Source: a virus
DNA: 10,410 nucleotides
UHGV virus genome: UHGV-1720292
Direction: 5' to 3' (one strand)
Part shown: in pieces, positions 1-8,798 of the stretch
How positions within the stretch are numbered: the first letter of the stretch is position 1
How the letters are laid out: every line of letters begins with the position of its first letter
Translations under genes and position numbers: made by a program
Notes under the pieces: model-generated
Databases searched by the model: none
What the model saw: the letters and a program-made list of their open reading frames with translations, nothing else
What the model was told of the DNA's origin: nothing

Positions 1-2
1 AT

Positions 3-155
3 CCGAAGGAAGGTGTTGAATACATCACTGGTGCTGATGGTGTGAAAAGGCCAATGGCTTATTACAAAGCGGCTGAAGAGAGGGCAAGAATGGAAAATAC
101 CCCAAAATGCGGATCATTTTTCGACATGCTGAACCTTCAACAATGGAAGTTGTGA
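3..155 (+). CDS. 3' end of an upstream CDS entering from the left window edge; product unknown
   Basis: Frame 3 is open from nt 3 to the TGA at 153-155 (about 50 codons, ...GSFFDMLNLQQWKL*). Not in the ORF track because the start lies outside the window. No recognisable motif. Confidence 0.35.
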   Translation, partial: PKEGVEYITGADGVKRPMAYYKAAEERARMENTPKCGSFFDMLNLQQWKL

Positions 156-164
156 ACAACTAAC

Positions 165-190
165 AGGTCGCTCAGGCGGCCTTTTTTATT
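165..190 (+). terminator. Putative rho-independent terminator after the upstream gene
   Basis: GGTCGC (166-171), loop TCAG, GCGGCC (176-181) forms a 6-bp stem with one G-U pair, followed directly by TTTTTT (182-187). Sits 10 nt after the upstream stop codon. Confidence 0.4.
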
Positions 191-294
191 GCCATCACAA
201 AAGCCATTCCCTACAGAGTGGCTTTGATAATGGCTTATACCCTACACGGGATAACTTAACTGATATCCCTTTTAACGGATAAACGGAGCCAACA

Positions 295-537
295 ATGGCA
301 GAGATTATTCCCATGACTGAAGAACAGAAATTCCAGTTAGAGATTTACAAACTGGTCATGAACCAGAACGCAGCCGCAGAAGAAGCATTTCAATTCATTG
401 GCACTGACGAACTGAAGCTTGAGCTATTCAAAATTCACTTCCAGTCAGGCGGCGCTAATTCAGATATCACGACCCGCACTATCGAAGCGGTGCGTAAATC
501 GAAGGAAGCGTTAGACCTGTTCACTACCGGAGCATGA
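295..537 (+). CDS. Small hypothetical protein, 80 aa, at the position of P22 orf80 upstream of the small terminase gene
   Basis: ATG at 295 with GGAG 8 nt upstream. Same length and position as the orf80 I recall upstream of gene 3 in P22. No functional motif recognised. Confidence 0.7.
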   Translation: MAEIIPMTEEQKFQLEIYKLVMNQNAAAEEAFQFIGTDELKLELFKIHFQSGGANSDITTRTIEAVRKSKEALDLFTTGA

Positions 538-538
538 T

Positions 539-718
539 GTGAGCCGCGTAATAAATTTGGGTAAGGAGAAGAAATTCCCAATTACTCAAGAGCTATACGA
601 GCGGCTTGAAAGCGTTATTCATGATTATGATGGTGAAATCAGTTTATGTGAGGCGATTGGCACACTCGAATTGCTGAAGCAGTCACTGATTGAAAGCGCG
701 AAAGAGTCATCAGCCTGA
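539..718 (+). CDS. Candidate GTG-initiated small ORF, 59 aa, unknown function
   Basis: Frame 2 is open from GTG 539 to TGA 716-718. GGAG at 529-532 lies 6 nt upstream of the GTG. The start sits 1 nt after the orf80 stop, an arrangement typical of translational coupling. Fills an otherwise unexplained 204-bp gap. Missed by the ATG-only ORF track. Translation (VSRVINLGKEKKFPITQELYERLESVIHDYDGEISLCEAIGTLELLKQSLIESAKESSA) is charged and helix-like, not low-complexity. Confidence 0.35.
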   Translation: MSRVINLGKEKKFPITQELYERLESVIHDYDGEISLCEAIGTLELLKQSLIESAKESSA

Positions 719-741
719 AATAACAACTAAGTGAGATGAAT

Positions 742-1230
742 ATGGCAGCACCAAAGGGCAACCGATTTTGGGAGGCCCGCAGTAGTCATGGGCGAAATCC
801 TAAATTCGAATCGCCTGAGGCGCTGTGGGCTGCTTGTTGTGAATACTTCGAATGGGTGGAAGCTAACCCACTTTGGGAGATGAAGGCGTTCTCATATCAG
901 GGTGAAGTGATACAAGAGCCTATCGCCAAGATGCGAGCAATGACCATCACTGGCCTGACTCTATTCCTCGATGTAACGCTTGAAACATGGCGACAATACA
1001 GGGTGAGAGAAGACTTATCTGAGGTCGTTACGCGAGCAGAGCAAATCATCTACGACCAGAAATTCTCCGGCGCAGCCGCTGACCTTCTCAACGCTAACAT
1101 CATCGCCCGCGATTTGGGCCTCAAAGAGCAGTCGCAAGTTGAAGACGTGACACCTGATAAGGGAGATCGCGATAAGCGACGCTCTCGTATCAAGGAGCTA
1201 TTCAACCGTGGAACTGGACGCGATTCTTGA
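742..1230 (+). CDS. 3: Terminase small subunit (P22 gp3-like), 162 aa
   Basis: N-terminus [46 protein letters not shown] matches the P22 gp3 sequence as I recall it. Starting at 742 gives 162 aa, the P22 gp3 length; the track's ATG at 736 is two codons upstream and cannot be excluded. Contains the pac-like 22-mer and overlaps the large terminase start by 23 nt. Confidence 0.9.
   Translation: MAAPKGNRFWEARSSHGRNPKFESPEALWAACCEYFEWVEANPLWEMKAFSYQGEVIQEPIAKMRAMTITGLTLFLDVTLETWRQYRVREDLSEVVTRAEQIIYDQKFSGAAADLLNANIIARDLGLKEQSQVEDVTPDKGDRDKRRSRIKELFNRGTGRDS
1009..1030. other. pac: pac-like site for headful packaging initiation, inside the small terminase gene
   Basis: The 22-mer GAAGACTTATCTGAGGTCGTTA at 1009-1030 matches the P22 pac site as I recall it, which lies within gene 3. 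Recalled from memory and not verified here. Confidence 0.55.
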
Positions 1231-2707
1231 TAACCTGAGCGACGAAGAGCAAATCGAATTGCTCGAGCTACTCGAAGAAGAAGAGAACTACCGGAACACA
1301 CACCTGCTATATGAATTTACGCCATACAGCAAACAGCGTGAGTTCATCGACGCCGGGCATGACTATCCAGAGCGATGTTTTATGGCTGGTAACCAGCTTG
1401 GTAAGTCATTTACTGGTGCTGCTGAAGTCGCGTTTCACCTTACAGGGCGTTATCCGGGCACAAAAGGCTATCCTGCTGATGGTAAATATGGCGGAGAGTG
1501 GAAAGGTAAGCGTTTCTATGAGCCTGTTGTCTTCTGGATTGGCGGCGAGACAAACGAGACTGTAACCAAAACGACTCAACGCATCCTGTGCGGTCGTATC
1601 GAAGAGAATGGTGAGCCGGGCTACGGTTCCATACCGAAAGAAGACATCATTAGCTGGAAGAAGTCTCCTTTCTTTCCGAACCTTGTTGATCATCTTCTGG
1701 TTAAGCATCACACGACTGATGGTGTTGAAGATGGCATTTCAATCTGCTACTTCAAACCATACTCGCAAGGCCGTGCTCGCTGGCAGGGTGACACAATCCA
1801 CGGCGTGTGGTTTGACGAAGAGCCACCATACAGCATTTATGGCGAAGGGCTTACCCGTACCAACAAATACGGGCAATTCTCGATTCTGACGTTTACCCCG
1901 CTGATGGGGATGTCTGACGTTGTTACCAAGTTCCTGAAGAATCCCAGCAAGTCGCAGAAAGTGGTCAACATGACCATCTATGACGCTGAGCACTATACCG
2001 ACGAGCAGAAAGAGCAAATCATCGCATCCTATCCCGAGCATGAGAGAGAGGCGCGTGCTCGCGGGATTCCTACGATGGGTAGCGGTCGAATCTTCCAGAT
2101 ACCGGAAGAGACGATTAAGTGTCAGCCGTTCGAGTGTCCTGATCACTTCTACGTAATTGGCGGGATGGATTTTGGATGGGATCACCCACAGGCGCAGGTT
2201 CAGCTTTGGTGGGATAAGGACGCAGACACAATCTACGTTTCACGCGTGTGGAAGGCGAAAGAAAAAACAGCCGTTCAGGCATGGGGAGCTGTTAAATCAT
2301 GGGCGCATAAAGTGCCAACCGCATGGCCTCATGACGGAAACCAGCATGAGAAGGGCGGCGGTGAGCAGCTCAAAGGGCAGTATGCAGACGCTGGATTTAT
2401 GATGTTACAGGAGCATGCGACATGGCCTGATGGCGGTAATGCTGTTGAGCCTGGAATCACTGAATTGCGCGACATGATGCTTGATGGTCGCTTCAAAGTA
2501 TTCAACACCTGTGAGCCATTCTTTGAGGAGTTCCGCCTCTATCACCGTGATGAAAACGGGAAGATCGTCAAGCTTAACGACGACGTTCTCTCAGCCGTTC
2601 GCTATGCATACATGATGCGCCGCTTCGCCAAAATGATGCGCGACATCAAAAAACCAAAAGAGAAAAAGATACCAGCCCCAATCAGGCCCATCGCACGGAG
2701 AACTTAA
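1208..2707 (+). CDS. 2: Terminase large subunit (P22 gp2-like), 499 aa
   Basis: N-terminus [37 protein letters not shown] matches the recalled P22 gp2 and has the same length. Walker A-like AGNQLGKS and Walker B-like VWFDEE motifs in the N-terminal ATPase half, with a C-terminal nuclease half. Stop TAA 2705-2707 abuts the portal ATG. Confidence 0.95.
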   Translation: MELDAILDNLSDEEQIELLELLEEEENYRNTHLLYEFTPYSKQREFIDAGHDYPERCFMAGNQLGKSFTGAAEVAFHLTGRYPGTKGYPADGKYGGEWKGKRFYEPVVFWIGGETNETVTKTTQRILCGRIEENGEPGYGSIPKEDIISWKKSPFFPNLVDHLLVKHHTTDGVEDGISICYFKPYSQGRARWQGDTIHGVWFDEEPPYSIYGEGLTRTNKYGQFSILTFTPLMGMSDVVTKFLKNPSKSQKVVNMTIYDAEHYTDEQKEQIIASYPEHEREARARGIPTMGSGRIFQIPEETIKCQPFECPDHFYVIGGMDFGWDHPQAQVQLWWDKDADTIYVSRVWKAKEKTAVQAWGAVKSWAHKVPTAWPHDGNQHEKGGGEQLKGQYADAGFMMLQEHATWPDGGNAVEPGITELRDMMLDGRFKVFNTCEPFFEEFRLYHRDENGKIVKLNDDVLSAVRYAYMMRRFAKMMRDIKKPKEKKIPAPIRPIARRT

Positions 2708-4873
2708 ATGGCCGACGAAAACAGACTCAATTCCATTCTGTGTAAGTTTGACGCGGACTGGATGGCGAGCGATGAAGCCAGAACCGAGGCGACAAATGAC
2801 CTGTATTTTAGCCGAGTGTCGCAATGGGATGACTGGCTATCAAACTACACCACCCTGCAATATCGCGGACAATTCGATGTTGTTCGCCCGGTGGTCAGGA
2901 AGCTGGTCGCAGAGATGCGCCGTAACCCTATCGACGTTCTATTCAGACCAAAAGACGGCGCTAATCCTGATGCTGCCGATGTGTTGATGGGGATGTATCG
3001 TACTGATATGCGCCATAACACGGCAAAAATTGCCGTTAACGTTGGCGTTCGTGAGCAGATAGAGTCAGGCGTTGGTGCATGGCGTCTGGTCACGCAGTAC
3101 GAAGACAACGATCCAACAAGCAACAATCAGGTAATCCGACGCCTGCCAATCCATGAAGCCTGCTCACACGTCATATGGGACGCCAACAGCAAGCAGATGG
3201 ATAAGAGCGACGCTAAGCACTGCACGGTGATTAACGCTTTGTCACGCAATGGCTGGAAAGAGTTCGCAGAGGATTACGGTATTGATCCGGACACCTTGCC
3301 ATCTTTCCAGAATCCGAACGATACATGGCTGTTTCCGTGGGTATCGAATGATGTCGTCTACGTCGCTGAGTATTACGAGGTCGAAGAGAAGAAAGAGAAA
3401 GTCTTCATCTACCGCGACCCGCTGACAGGTGAGCCGGTCAGCTATTACCAGCAGGATATCAAAGACGTCATCGACGACCTGGCTAATCGTGGATTCATTA
3501 AGGTAGCAGAGCGCAAGGTGAAGCGTCGGCGTGTGTATAAGTCGATCATCACCTGCACGCAGATACTGAAAGACCGCGAGAAGATAGCCGGAGAGCATAT
3601 TCCAATCGTTCCAGTGTATGGCGAATGGTCATTCGCTGGTGACAAGGAGTGCTACGAGGGCGTGGTAAGGCTGACGAAAGACGGTCAGCGCCTTCGTAAC
3701 ATGATCATGTCATTCAACGCCGATATTGTTGCTCGTTCACCGAAGAAGAAACCGACCTTCTTCCCTGAGCAAATCGAAGGCTACGAATACATGTACGGTG
3801 GAAATGATGACTATCCGTACTATCTGCAGAACAGGACCGATGAAAACGGTAACGACCTGCCGATTGGTCCAATCTCCTACATGGAAAACCCTGAAGTGCC
3901 GCAAGCCAACGCTTACATGCTTGAGGCTGCCACCAACGCAGTGAAAGAGGTGGCTAGTCTTGGCGTGGATGCGCAGGCGGCAAACTCTCAGGTCGCTTTC
4001 GATACCGTCAATCAACTGAACATGCGGGCGGACCTTGAGACATACGTGTTTCAGGATAACCTGGCTACCGCAATGCGACGTGATGGCGAGATTTATGCCT
4101 CAATGGTCAACGATATTTATGACGTTCCTCGTCATGTAACGCTGACACTTGAAGATGGAAGCGAGAAAGACGTTCAACTCTATGCGCAAGTTGTAGATTA
4201 CCAGTCTGGCAATGTGGTCACACTCAACGACATTCGCGGTCGCTATGAGTGCTATACAGACGTTGGACCATCCTTCCAGAGTATGAAGGAACAGAACCGC
4301 GCAGAGATTCAGGAGTTGCTCACCAAGGTTCCGCAAGGTACTCCAGAGTTCCAGATGCTGATGCTGCAATACTTCACGCTCCTTGACGGTAAAGGCGTCG
4401 AGATGATGCGAGAGTACGCGAATAAGCAACTGGTGATGATGGGGCTGAAGAAACCAGAAACACCTGAAGAGATGGAGATGGTGCAACAGGCACAACAACA
4501 GCCGCAGCAGCCATCAGCAGAGCAAATTCAGGCGCAGGGTATCCTTCTGCAAGGTCAGGCTGAATTGCTCAAGGCAGAGAACCAACAGGCGCAGATTCAG
4601 GTTGAAGCCGCCAAGGTTGAAGCCCAAAACCAACTCAACGCCGCGAAGATTGCAGAAATCTTCAACAATATGGACCTCGACAAGCAGGCAGAACTGCGTG
4701 AGTACCTCAAGCTCGTAGGTCAATTCCAGCAACAGCGCAGCAAAGATGCTCGTGCTAACGCTGAGCTGCTTCTTAAAGATGCAGACCAGACTCATTCACA
4801 ACGCATGGATTTCGCGAATCTTATGCGTCAAGTTCAAATCCCCTCCGGCGGAGTAGCCGAGACACCTCAATAA
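2708..4873 (+). CDS. 1: Portal protein (P22 gp1-like), 721 aa
   Basis: Collinear with the recalled P22 portal (725 aa), including the N-terminus MAD.ENRL and internal [25 protein letters not shown]. Ends in a Gln/Ala-rich helical tail ([50 protein letters not shown]). Confidence 0.95.
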   Translation: MADENRLNSILCKFDADWMASDEARTEATNDLYFSRVSQWDDWLSNYTTLQYRGQFDVVRPVVRKLVAEMRRNPIDVLFRPKDGANPDAADVLMGMYRTDMRHNTAKIAVNVGVREQIESGVGAWRLVTQYEDNDPTSNNQVIRRLPIHEACSHVIWDANSKQMDKSDAKHCTVINALSRNGWKEFAEDYGIDPDTLPSFQNPNDTWLFPWVSNDVVYVAEYYEVEEKKEKVFIYRDPLTGEPVSYYQQDIKDVIDDLANRGFIKVAERKVKRRRVYKSIITCTQILKDREKIAGEHIPIVPVYGEWSFAGDKECYEGVVRLTKDGQRLRNMIMSFNADIVARSPKKKPTFFPEQIEGYEYMYGGNDDYPYYLQNRTDENGNDLPIGPISYMENPEVPQANAYMLEAATNAVKEVASLGVDAQAANSQVAFDTVNQLNMRADLETYVFQDNLATAMRRDGEIYASMVNDIYDVPRHVTLTLEDGSEKDVQLYAQVVDYQSGNVVTLNDIRGRYECYTDVGPSFQSMKEQNRAEIQELLTKVPQGTPEFQMLMLQYFTLLDGKGVEMMREYANKQLVMMGLKKPETPEEMEMVQQAQQQPQQPSAEQIQAQGILLQGQAELLKAENQQAQIQVEAAKVEAQNQLNAAKIAEIFNNMDLDKQAELREYLKLVGQFQQQRSKDARANAELLLKDADQTHSQRMDFANLMRQVQIPSGGVAETPQ

Positions 4874-4886
4874 GAGAGAGTTAATC

Positions 4887-5798
4887 ATGGACCAAACCAC
4901 CGACATTCAGGCTTCTGAAGAATTAACCCTGCCCGGCAATCATGCAGCGGCATCTGCTGATGGCTTAGTTGTCGATAATGCCAACGACAACGCAGGTCAG
5001 GAAGAAGGCTTCGAGATTGTCCTGAAAGACGATGAGAAACCAAAACAAGACCCGGCAACTAATGCTGAATTTGCCCGTCGCCGCATCGAACGCAAACGCC
5101 AGCGTGAGCTTGAGCAGCAGATGGAAGCGGTTAAGCGTGGAGAATTGCCGGAGCACCTGCGGGTGAACCCTGAGTTACCAAAACAACCAGACCCTAACGA
5201 TTATCTTTCCGAAGATGCACTGGCTAAGTACGACTATGACCAGAGCCGCGCACTGGCTGCCTTCCAGCAGGCAAACAGTGAATGGCAGATCAAGGCTATG
5301 GACGCACGAAGCCAGGCTGTCGCCGAGCAGGGTCGCAAAACTCAGGAGTTCACCCAGCAATCAGCGCAATACGTCGAGGCAGCCCGTAAGCACTACGACG
5401 CAGCGGAAAAGCTCAATATCCCTGACTATCAGGAGAAAGAGGATGCATTCATGCAACTGGTGCCGCCAGCAGTCGGTGCCGACATCATGCGCCTCTTCCC
5501 GGAGAAATCCGCTGCTCTCATGTATCACCTTGGTGCTAATCCTGAAAAAACACGCCAGTTGCTGGCGATGGACGGGCAATCCGCGTTGATTGAACTCACT
5601 CGACTGTCAGAACGTTTAACTCTCAAGCCTCGAGCCAAACCTGTTTCAGAAGCCCCGCTACCTGATGAACCCATTCAGGGACACGCTGTTGCTGCAAATA
5701 TATCTGCGATTGAAAAGCAGATGGAAGCGGCAGCAAACAAAGGGGATGTAGAGACATACCGCAAGCTCAAGGCGCAACTGAATAAAGGAATTCGATAA
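4887..5798 (+). CDS. 8: Scaffolding protein (P22 gp8-like), 303 aa
   Basis: Same length as P22 gp8. Charged, Ala/Gln/Glu-rich helical protein with a C-terminus (...[19 protein letters not shown]) resembling the P22 scaffold coat-binding helix-turn-helix. Sits between portal and coat; GAGAGAG ribosome-binding site upstream. Confidence 0.9.
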   Translation: MDQTTDIQASEELTLPGNHAAASADGLVVDNANDNAGQEEGFEIVLKDDEKPKQDPATNAEFARRRIERKRQRELEQQMEAVKRGELPEHLRVNPELPKQPDPNDYLSEDALAKYDYDQSRALAAFQQANSEWQIKAMDARSQAVAEQGRKTQEFTQQSAQYVEAARKHYDAAEKLNIPDYQEKEDAFMQLVPPAVGADIMRLFPEKSAALMYHLGANPEKTRQLLAMDGQSALIELTRLSERLTLKPRAKPVSEAPLPDEPIQGHAVAANISAIEKQMEAAANKGDVETYRKLKAQLNKGIR

Positions 5799-6320
5799 TT
5801 ATTTCGATATCGTGATGTTGTTTTCCTCGTCAAACTTTCTGATTACTTCTTTCGCCTCTTCGAATGAAGAACATACTTTTTGCACTCTTGCATTAAGCAG
5901 TCGCTTATGAGCGATCCATCTTTTCCGCGTGTTGCAAAAGTAAACTCCAGATATTCCGCTGGAGTTATTTTTAGATAGTTTGATTCTATTCCTTTGGTTT
6001 GCTGATTTTTTCACAAGACGAAGATTTTCAATTCTGTTGTCGTGTCGAATCCCATTTATATGGTCAATTTCCATGCCTTCTGGAATATCTCCGTTAAACA
6101 TTACCCATACGATGCGGTGTGCTAGCCACTTAATGCCGTTAATTCTTATGCGGATATATCCATTGCTTTCTAAAAGACCAGCAACTTTCCCAGCGTGTTT
6201 TGCATTCCAAACGTTGTGATAGTTGCGATTCTTTTTGTTGTTGAAAAATTCAGAGCTTCTGGCTTTCCAAACCAAAGAACCATCGCGGTATTCGAAGTAT
6301 TCATTCAGTTCCATGCTCAT
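5799..6320 (-). CDS. HNH homing endonuclease with NUMOD4-like N-terminus, HNH_3-type nuclease motif and C-terminal AP2-type DNA-binding domain, 173 aa
   Basis: Nuclease motif EIDHINGIRHDNRIENLRLVKKSANQRN. AP2-like segment SGISGVYFCNTRKRWIAHKRLLNARVQKVCSSFEEAKEV. NUMOD4-like N-terminus NEYFEYRDGSLVWKARSS. Antisense to the late operon. My hand count gives about 38-39 percent GC over 5821-6360, against about 50-52 percent in sampled flanking 60-mers. Alternative start at the second Met (6312-6314). Confidence 0.85.
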   Translation of the reverse strand: MSMELNEYFEYRDGSLVWKARSSEFFNNKKNRNYHNVWNAKHAGKVAGLLESNGYIRIRINGIKWLAHRIVWVMFNGDIPEGMEIDHINGIRHDNRIENLRLVKKSANQRNRIKLSKNNSSGISGVYFCNTRKRWIAHKRLLNARVQKVCSSFEEAKEVIRKFDEENNITISK

Positions 6321-6387
6321 AACCCTAATGCGCTATATGTTGATATAACAATAGTATAGCACATAAAGAAAGTAAGGTATTCAATAT

Positions 6388-7683
6388 ATGACTCTCAAAG
6401 AAGGGCAGTTAGTTACTTACGCTATCGATGAAATCATCGAAACCGTCCAGAACCTGACGCCAATGGCGTCCAAAGTGACAAAATACACCCCTCCGGCAGA
6501 ATCCATGCAGCGTTCAAGCAACACCGTGTGGATGCCTGTTGAGCAGGAAGCGCCAACCCAGACTGGCTGGGATTTAACTGGCAACGCAACCGGGATTCTG
6601 GAACTCTCCGTGAAATGCAACATGGGTGATCCGGATAACGATTTCTTCGAGCTTCGTGCAGATGACCTGCGTGATGAGCGTTCTTACCGTCGCCGCATCC
6701 AGGCATCCGCCAAAAAACTGGCGAATAACATTGAGTCAGCGATTGCCAAACAGGCAACTGAAATGGGCTCGCTTGTTGTTCACGATACCCGCGCAATTGG
6801 TCCATCTACTGGCCTGTCTGGCTGGGATTTTGTGTCTGATGCAGAGCGCCTGATGTTCTCCCGTGAGCTAAACCGCGATATGGGCATCAGTTACTTCCTG
6901 AACCCTGACGATTACCGCAAAGCAGGCCGCAACCTGGTAGATGGTGACATCTTCGGGCGCGTTCCTGAAGAAGCGTATCGCAACGGTACTATTCAGCGTC
7001 AGATTGCTGGCTTTGATGAAATTCTTCGCTCGCCGAAACTTCCTGCAGTTACCAAGTCAACCGCTACTGGTGTAACTGTTTCTGGTGCGCAGAAGTTTAA
7101 GCCGCAGGCATACACCCTTGATACCGATGGTAACAAAGAGAACGTCGACAACCGTGTTGCAACGGTGACCGTATCCTCCACCACCGGATTTAAGCGCGGC
7201 GACAAAATCAGCTTCACTGGTGTGAAATTCCTGTCTCAGATGGCGAAGAACGTGCTGACTGATGATGCGACTTTCTCAATCACCCGTGTGATCGATGGTA
7301 CTCACATCGAAATCACGCCGAAACCGATTGCACTGGATGACGCGTCACTGACAAAAGAAGAGAAGGCTTACGCTAACGTAAACACCTCTCTTGCTGATTC
7401 CACTCCGGTAAACGTTCTGAACGTGGCAACAACCACCGCTAACGTGTTCTGGGCTGATGACTCAATCCGCCTGCTGTCTCAGCCGATTCCGGTAACCCAT
7501 GAACTGTTTGCTGGCATGAAAACGTCTTCCTTCAGCATTCCTGGTATTGGTGTTAACGGCATCTTCGCAACGCAGGGTGATATCAATACTCTGTCTGGTA
7601 AGTGCCGTATTGCTGTGTGGTATTCAGCATGTGCTGTACGGCCAGAGGCAATTGGTGTTGGTCTGCCTAACCAGACCGCGTGA
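6388..7683 (+). CDS. 5: Major capsid (coat) protein (P22 gp5-like), 431 aa
   Basis: Near-collinear with the recalled P22 coat protein (430 aa), for example [91 protein letters not shown] and the C-terminus [18 protein letters not shown] ribosome-binding site upstream. Confidence 0.95.
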   Translation: MTLKEGQLVTYAIDEIIETVQNLTPMASKVTKYTPPAESMQRSSNTVWMPVEQEAPTQTGWDLTGNATGILELSVKCNMGDPDNDFFELRADDLRDERSYRRRIQASAKKLANNIESAIAKQATEMGSLVVHDTRAIGPSTGLSGWDFVSDAERLMFSRELNRDMGISYFLNPDDYRKAGRNLVDGDIFGRVPEEAYRNGTIQRQIAGFDEILRSPKLPAVTKSTATGVTVSGAQKFKPQAYTLDTDGNKENVDNRVATVTVSSTTGFKRGDKISFTGVKFLSQMAKNVLTDDATFSITRVIDGTHIEITPKPIALDDASLTKEEKAYANVNTSLADSTPVNVLNVATTTANVFWADDSIRLLSQPIPVTHELFAGMKTSSFSIPGIGVNGIFATQGDINTLSGKCRIAVWYSACAVRPEAIGVGLPNQTA

Positions 7684-7690
7684 TAACCAG

Positions 7691-7716
7691 AGGGAGCTTC
7701 GGCTCCCTTTTCTATT
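7691..7716 (+). terminator. Rho-independent terminator immediately downstream of the coat gene
   Basis: AGGGAGC (7691-7697), TTCG tetraloop (7698-7701), GCTCCCT (7702-7708), then a T-rich run TTTTCTATT. Begins 8 nt after the coat stop codon. Likely partial, given that essential genes follow. Confidence 0.7.
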
Positions 7717-7726
7717 GGAGATACCA

Positions 7727-8320
7727 ATGAGCGTAATGATTTTTCAGGCTGGCGGAGATACCAAAATCTGGGGACGCAAGCTGAAAACGAAAACCGTTGA
7801 TCCTGATGATGTAGCTGTGCACTTAGCAAATGGCTGGTATAAGCACCCTGACGATGTTCCTGATGATCCTCTTGTTGGTGATCACATTAGGAGTGTTGGC
7901 GTAGGTGAAACTTCCCCAGTTGATATGGGCGAAGTGTCCGACGGTTATCACACTTTTAACGAGCTTTACGCTCACCGAGTGCGCCTCTTCTCATCGCTGA
8001 TGCATGCTTACGCTGAGCTTTCGTGGTGGTCTCGCAAACACAGTGACGGTGAAGAGTGGGATGGCTGGATCATTGCTGGTATCACCACTCCAGAAGGCGA
8101 AATCACTTATCACCTACCTGTTGAAGAAATCGAGTTCCTTCCTGAAGGTACTGAGCTTGAGTTCGGGAAAGAGTGGGATGGTCATGAAGCAAATGATGTT
8201 CTTGGACGACTCCTGAGTTTGCGTCCGGCTATTGCAGAGCCAGAGCCAGAAGAAAAACAGCGTAAAAAGCCTGGTCGAAAACCTAAGGCGGCAGCAGATG
8301 AACCTGACAACGAAGGGTGA
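7727..8320 (+). CDS. Hypothetical acidic protein, 197 aa, between coat and gene 4; function unknown
   Basis: ATG 7727 with GGAG (7717-7720) 6 nt upstream, just past the coat terminator. The track's longer 7547..8320 ORF is the same frame extended back through the coat 3' end and the terminator. D/E- and W-rich, with two EWDG motifs ([11 protein letters not shown] and [11 protein letters not shown]) and a basic C-terminal tail [15 protein letters not shown] content similar to flanks. Overlaps gene 4 by 23 nt. No family recognised. Confidence 0.7.
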   Translation: MSVMIFQAGGDTKIWGRKLKTKTVDPDDVAVHLANGWYKHPDDVPDDPLVGDHIRSVGVGETSPVDMGEVSDGYHTFNELYAHRVRLFSSLMHAYAELSWWSRKHSDGEEWDGWIIAGITTPEGEITYHLPVEEIEFLPEGTELEFGKEWDGHEANDVLGRLLSLRPAIAEPEPEEKQRKKPGRKPKAAADEPDNEG

Positions 8321-8798
8321 TTTAGTCCTTGCGGCATTACGTAAGCTCGGTGTGGCATCAAATGCCACGTTAACAGATGTCGAACCGCAGTCTATGGAAG
8401 ACGGCGTCAACGACCTTGAAATGATGATGGCTGAATGGATTGGCGGTGATGCGTCACCTGGTATCAACGTTGGCTACATTTTTGCTGATGCAGATGTTGC
8501 TCCGGATCCGGGCGATGAGCACGGTTTATCAAATAACGCTATCAATGCCGTCATTTTCAACCTTGCCTGCCGCATTGCTCCAGATTATGCGCTGGAAGCG
8601 TCTGCAAAACTTATAACCACTGCCAGATACGGGAAAGAGCGACTCGTCAAACTGTCTGCAATGGACAGAGCAAAAGCCGCTAAATGTAAGTCAGGTTATC
8701 CAAACCGTATGCCTGTTGGTAGTGGTAACCAGTTGGCGAAGTGGAACGGTTGGAATTACTTCCAGCGAAAGGAACCTTGCGATAACGGGAGCGAATAA
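8298..8798 (+). CDS. 4: Head-completion / tail-adaptor protein (P22 gp4-like), 166 aa
   Basis: Starting at ATG 8298 ([32 protein letters not shown]...) gives 166 aa, the recalled length of P22 gp4, with matching N-terminal and [14 protein letters not shown] motifs. The track's 8232 start would add 22 residues inside the preceding ORF. Confidence 0.85.
   Translation: MNLTTKGDLVLAALRKLGVASNATLTDVEPQSMEDGVNDLEMMMAEWIGGDASPGINVGYIFADADVAPDPGDEHGLSNNAINAVIFNLACRIAPDYALEASAKLITTARYGKERLVKLSAMDRAKAAKCKSGYPNRMPVGSGNQLAKWNGWNYFQRKEPCDNGSE

Noticed and set aside
191-294. Sigma-70 promoter upstream of orf80
   Set aside because: Only weak hexamers (TTGATA, GATAAT, GATAAC) with poor spacing. Late genes of P22-like phages are expected to be read through from an upstream late promoter, so no promoter is called.
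736-741. Small terminase start at ATG 736 (MNM...)
   Set aside because: Starting at 742 reproduces the 162-aa P22 gp3 length and the MAAPKGN N-terminus. 736 is not excluded but is less likely.
1050-5589. Track ORFs nested inside terminase, portal and scaffold genes (e.g. 1050..1301-, 1406..1711-, 1739..2185-, 2591..2824-, 2845..3126-, 3242..3598-, 3737..4015-, 4100..4498-, 4514..4795-, 4965..5156-, 5175..5360-, 5361..5579-, and + strand 1311..1565, 1608..1889, 2157..2402, 2748..2987, 3726..3944, 5215..5589)
   Set aside because: All are embedded in alternative frames or antisense to long, well-supported genes. None has a convincing ribosome-binding site, and their translations are low-complexity or Arg/Ser/Cys-rich, typical of out-of-frame reads.
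5980-6219. Plus-strand 79-aa ORF inside the endonuclease region
   Set aside because: Antisense to the motif-rich HNH ORF. Translation is hydrophobic and low-complexity with no ribosome-binding site. Most likely a by-product of AT-rich sequence.
7547-7726. Upstream extension of the 257-aa track ORF (7547..8320)
   Set aside because: The extension runs in an alternative frame through the 3' end of the coat gene and across the terminator hairpin. An ATG with a good GGAG ribosome-binding site at 7727 is the credible start.
8232-8297. Longer 188-aa version of gene 4 starting at 8232
   Set aside because: It would add 22 residues ([22 protein letters not shown]) lying inside the preceding ORF. Starting at 8298 reproduces the 166-aa gp4 length.
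6417-8467. Minus-strand and alternative-frame ORFs across coat, the 197-aa ORF and gene 4 (6417..6623-, 6434..6805-, 6626..6853+, 6999..7217-, 7479..7829-, 8004..8216+, 8114..8467-)
   Set aside because: They overlap well-supported coat or adaptor genes in other frames and lack start context. 7479..7829- would also have to read through the terminator hairpin.
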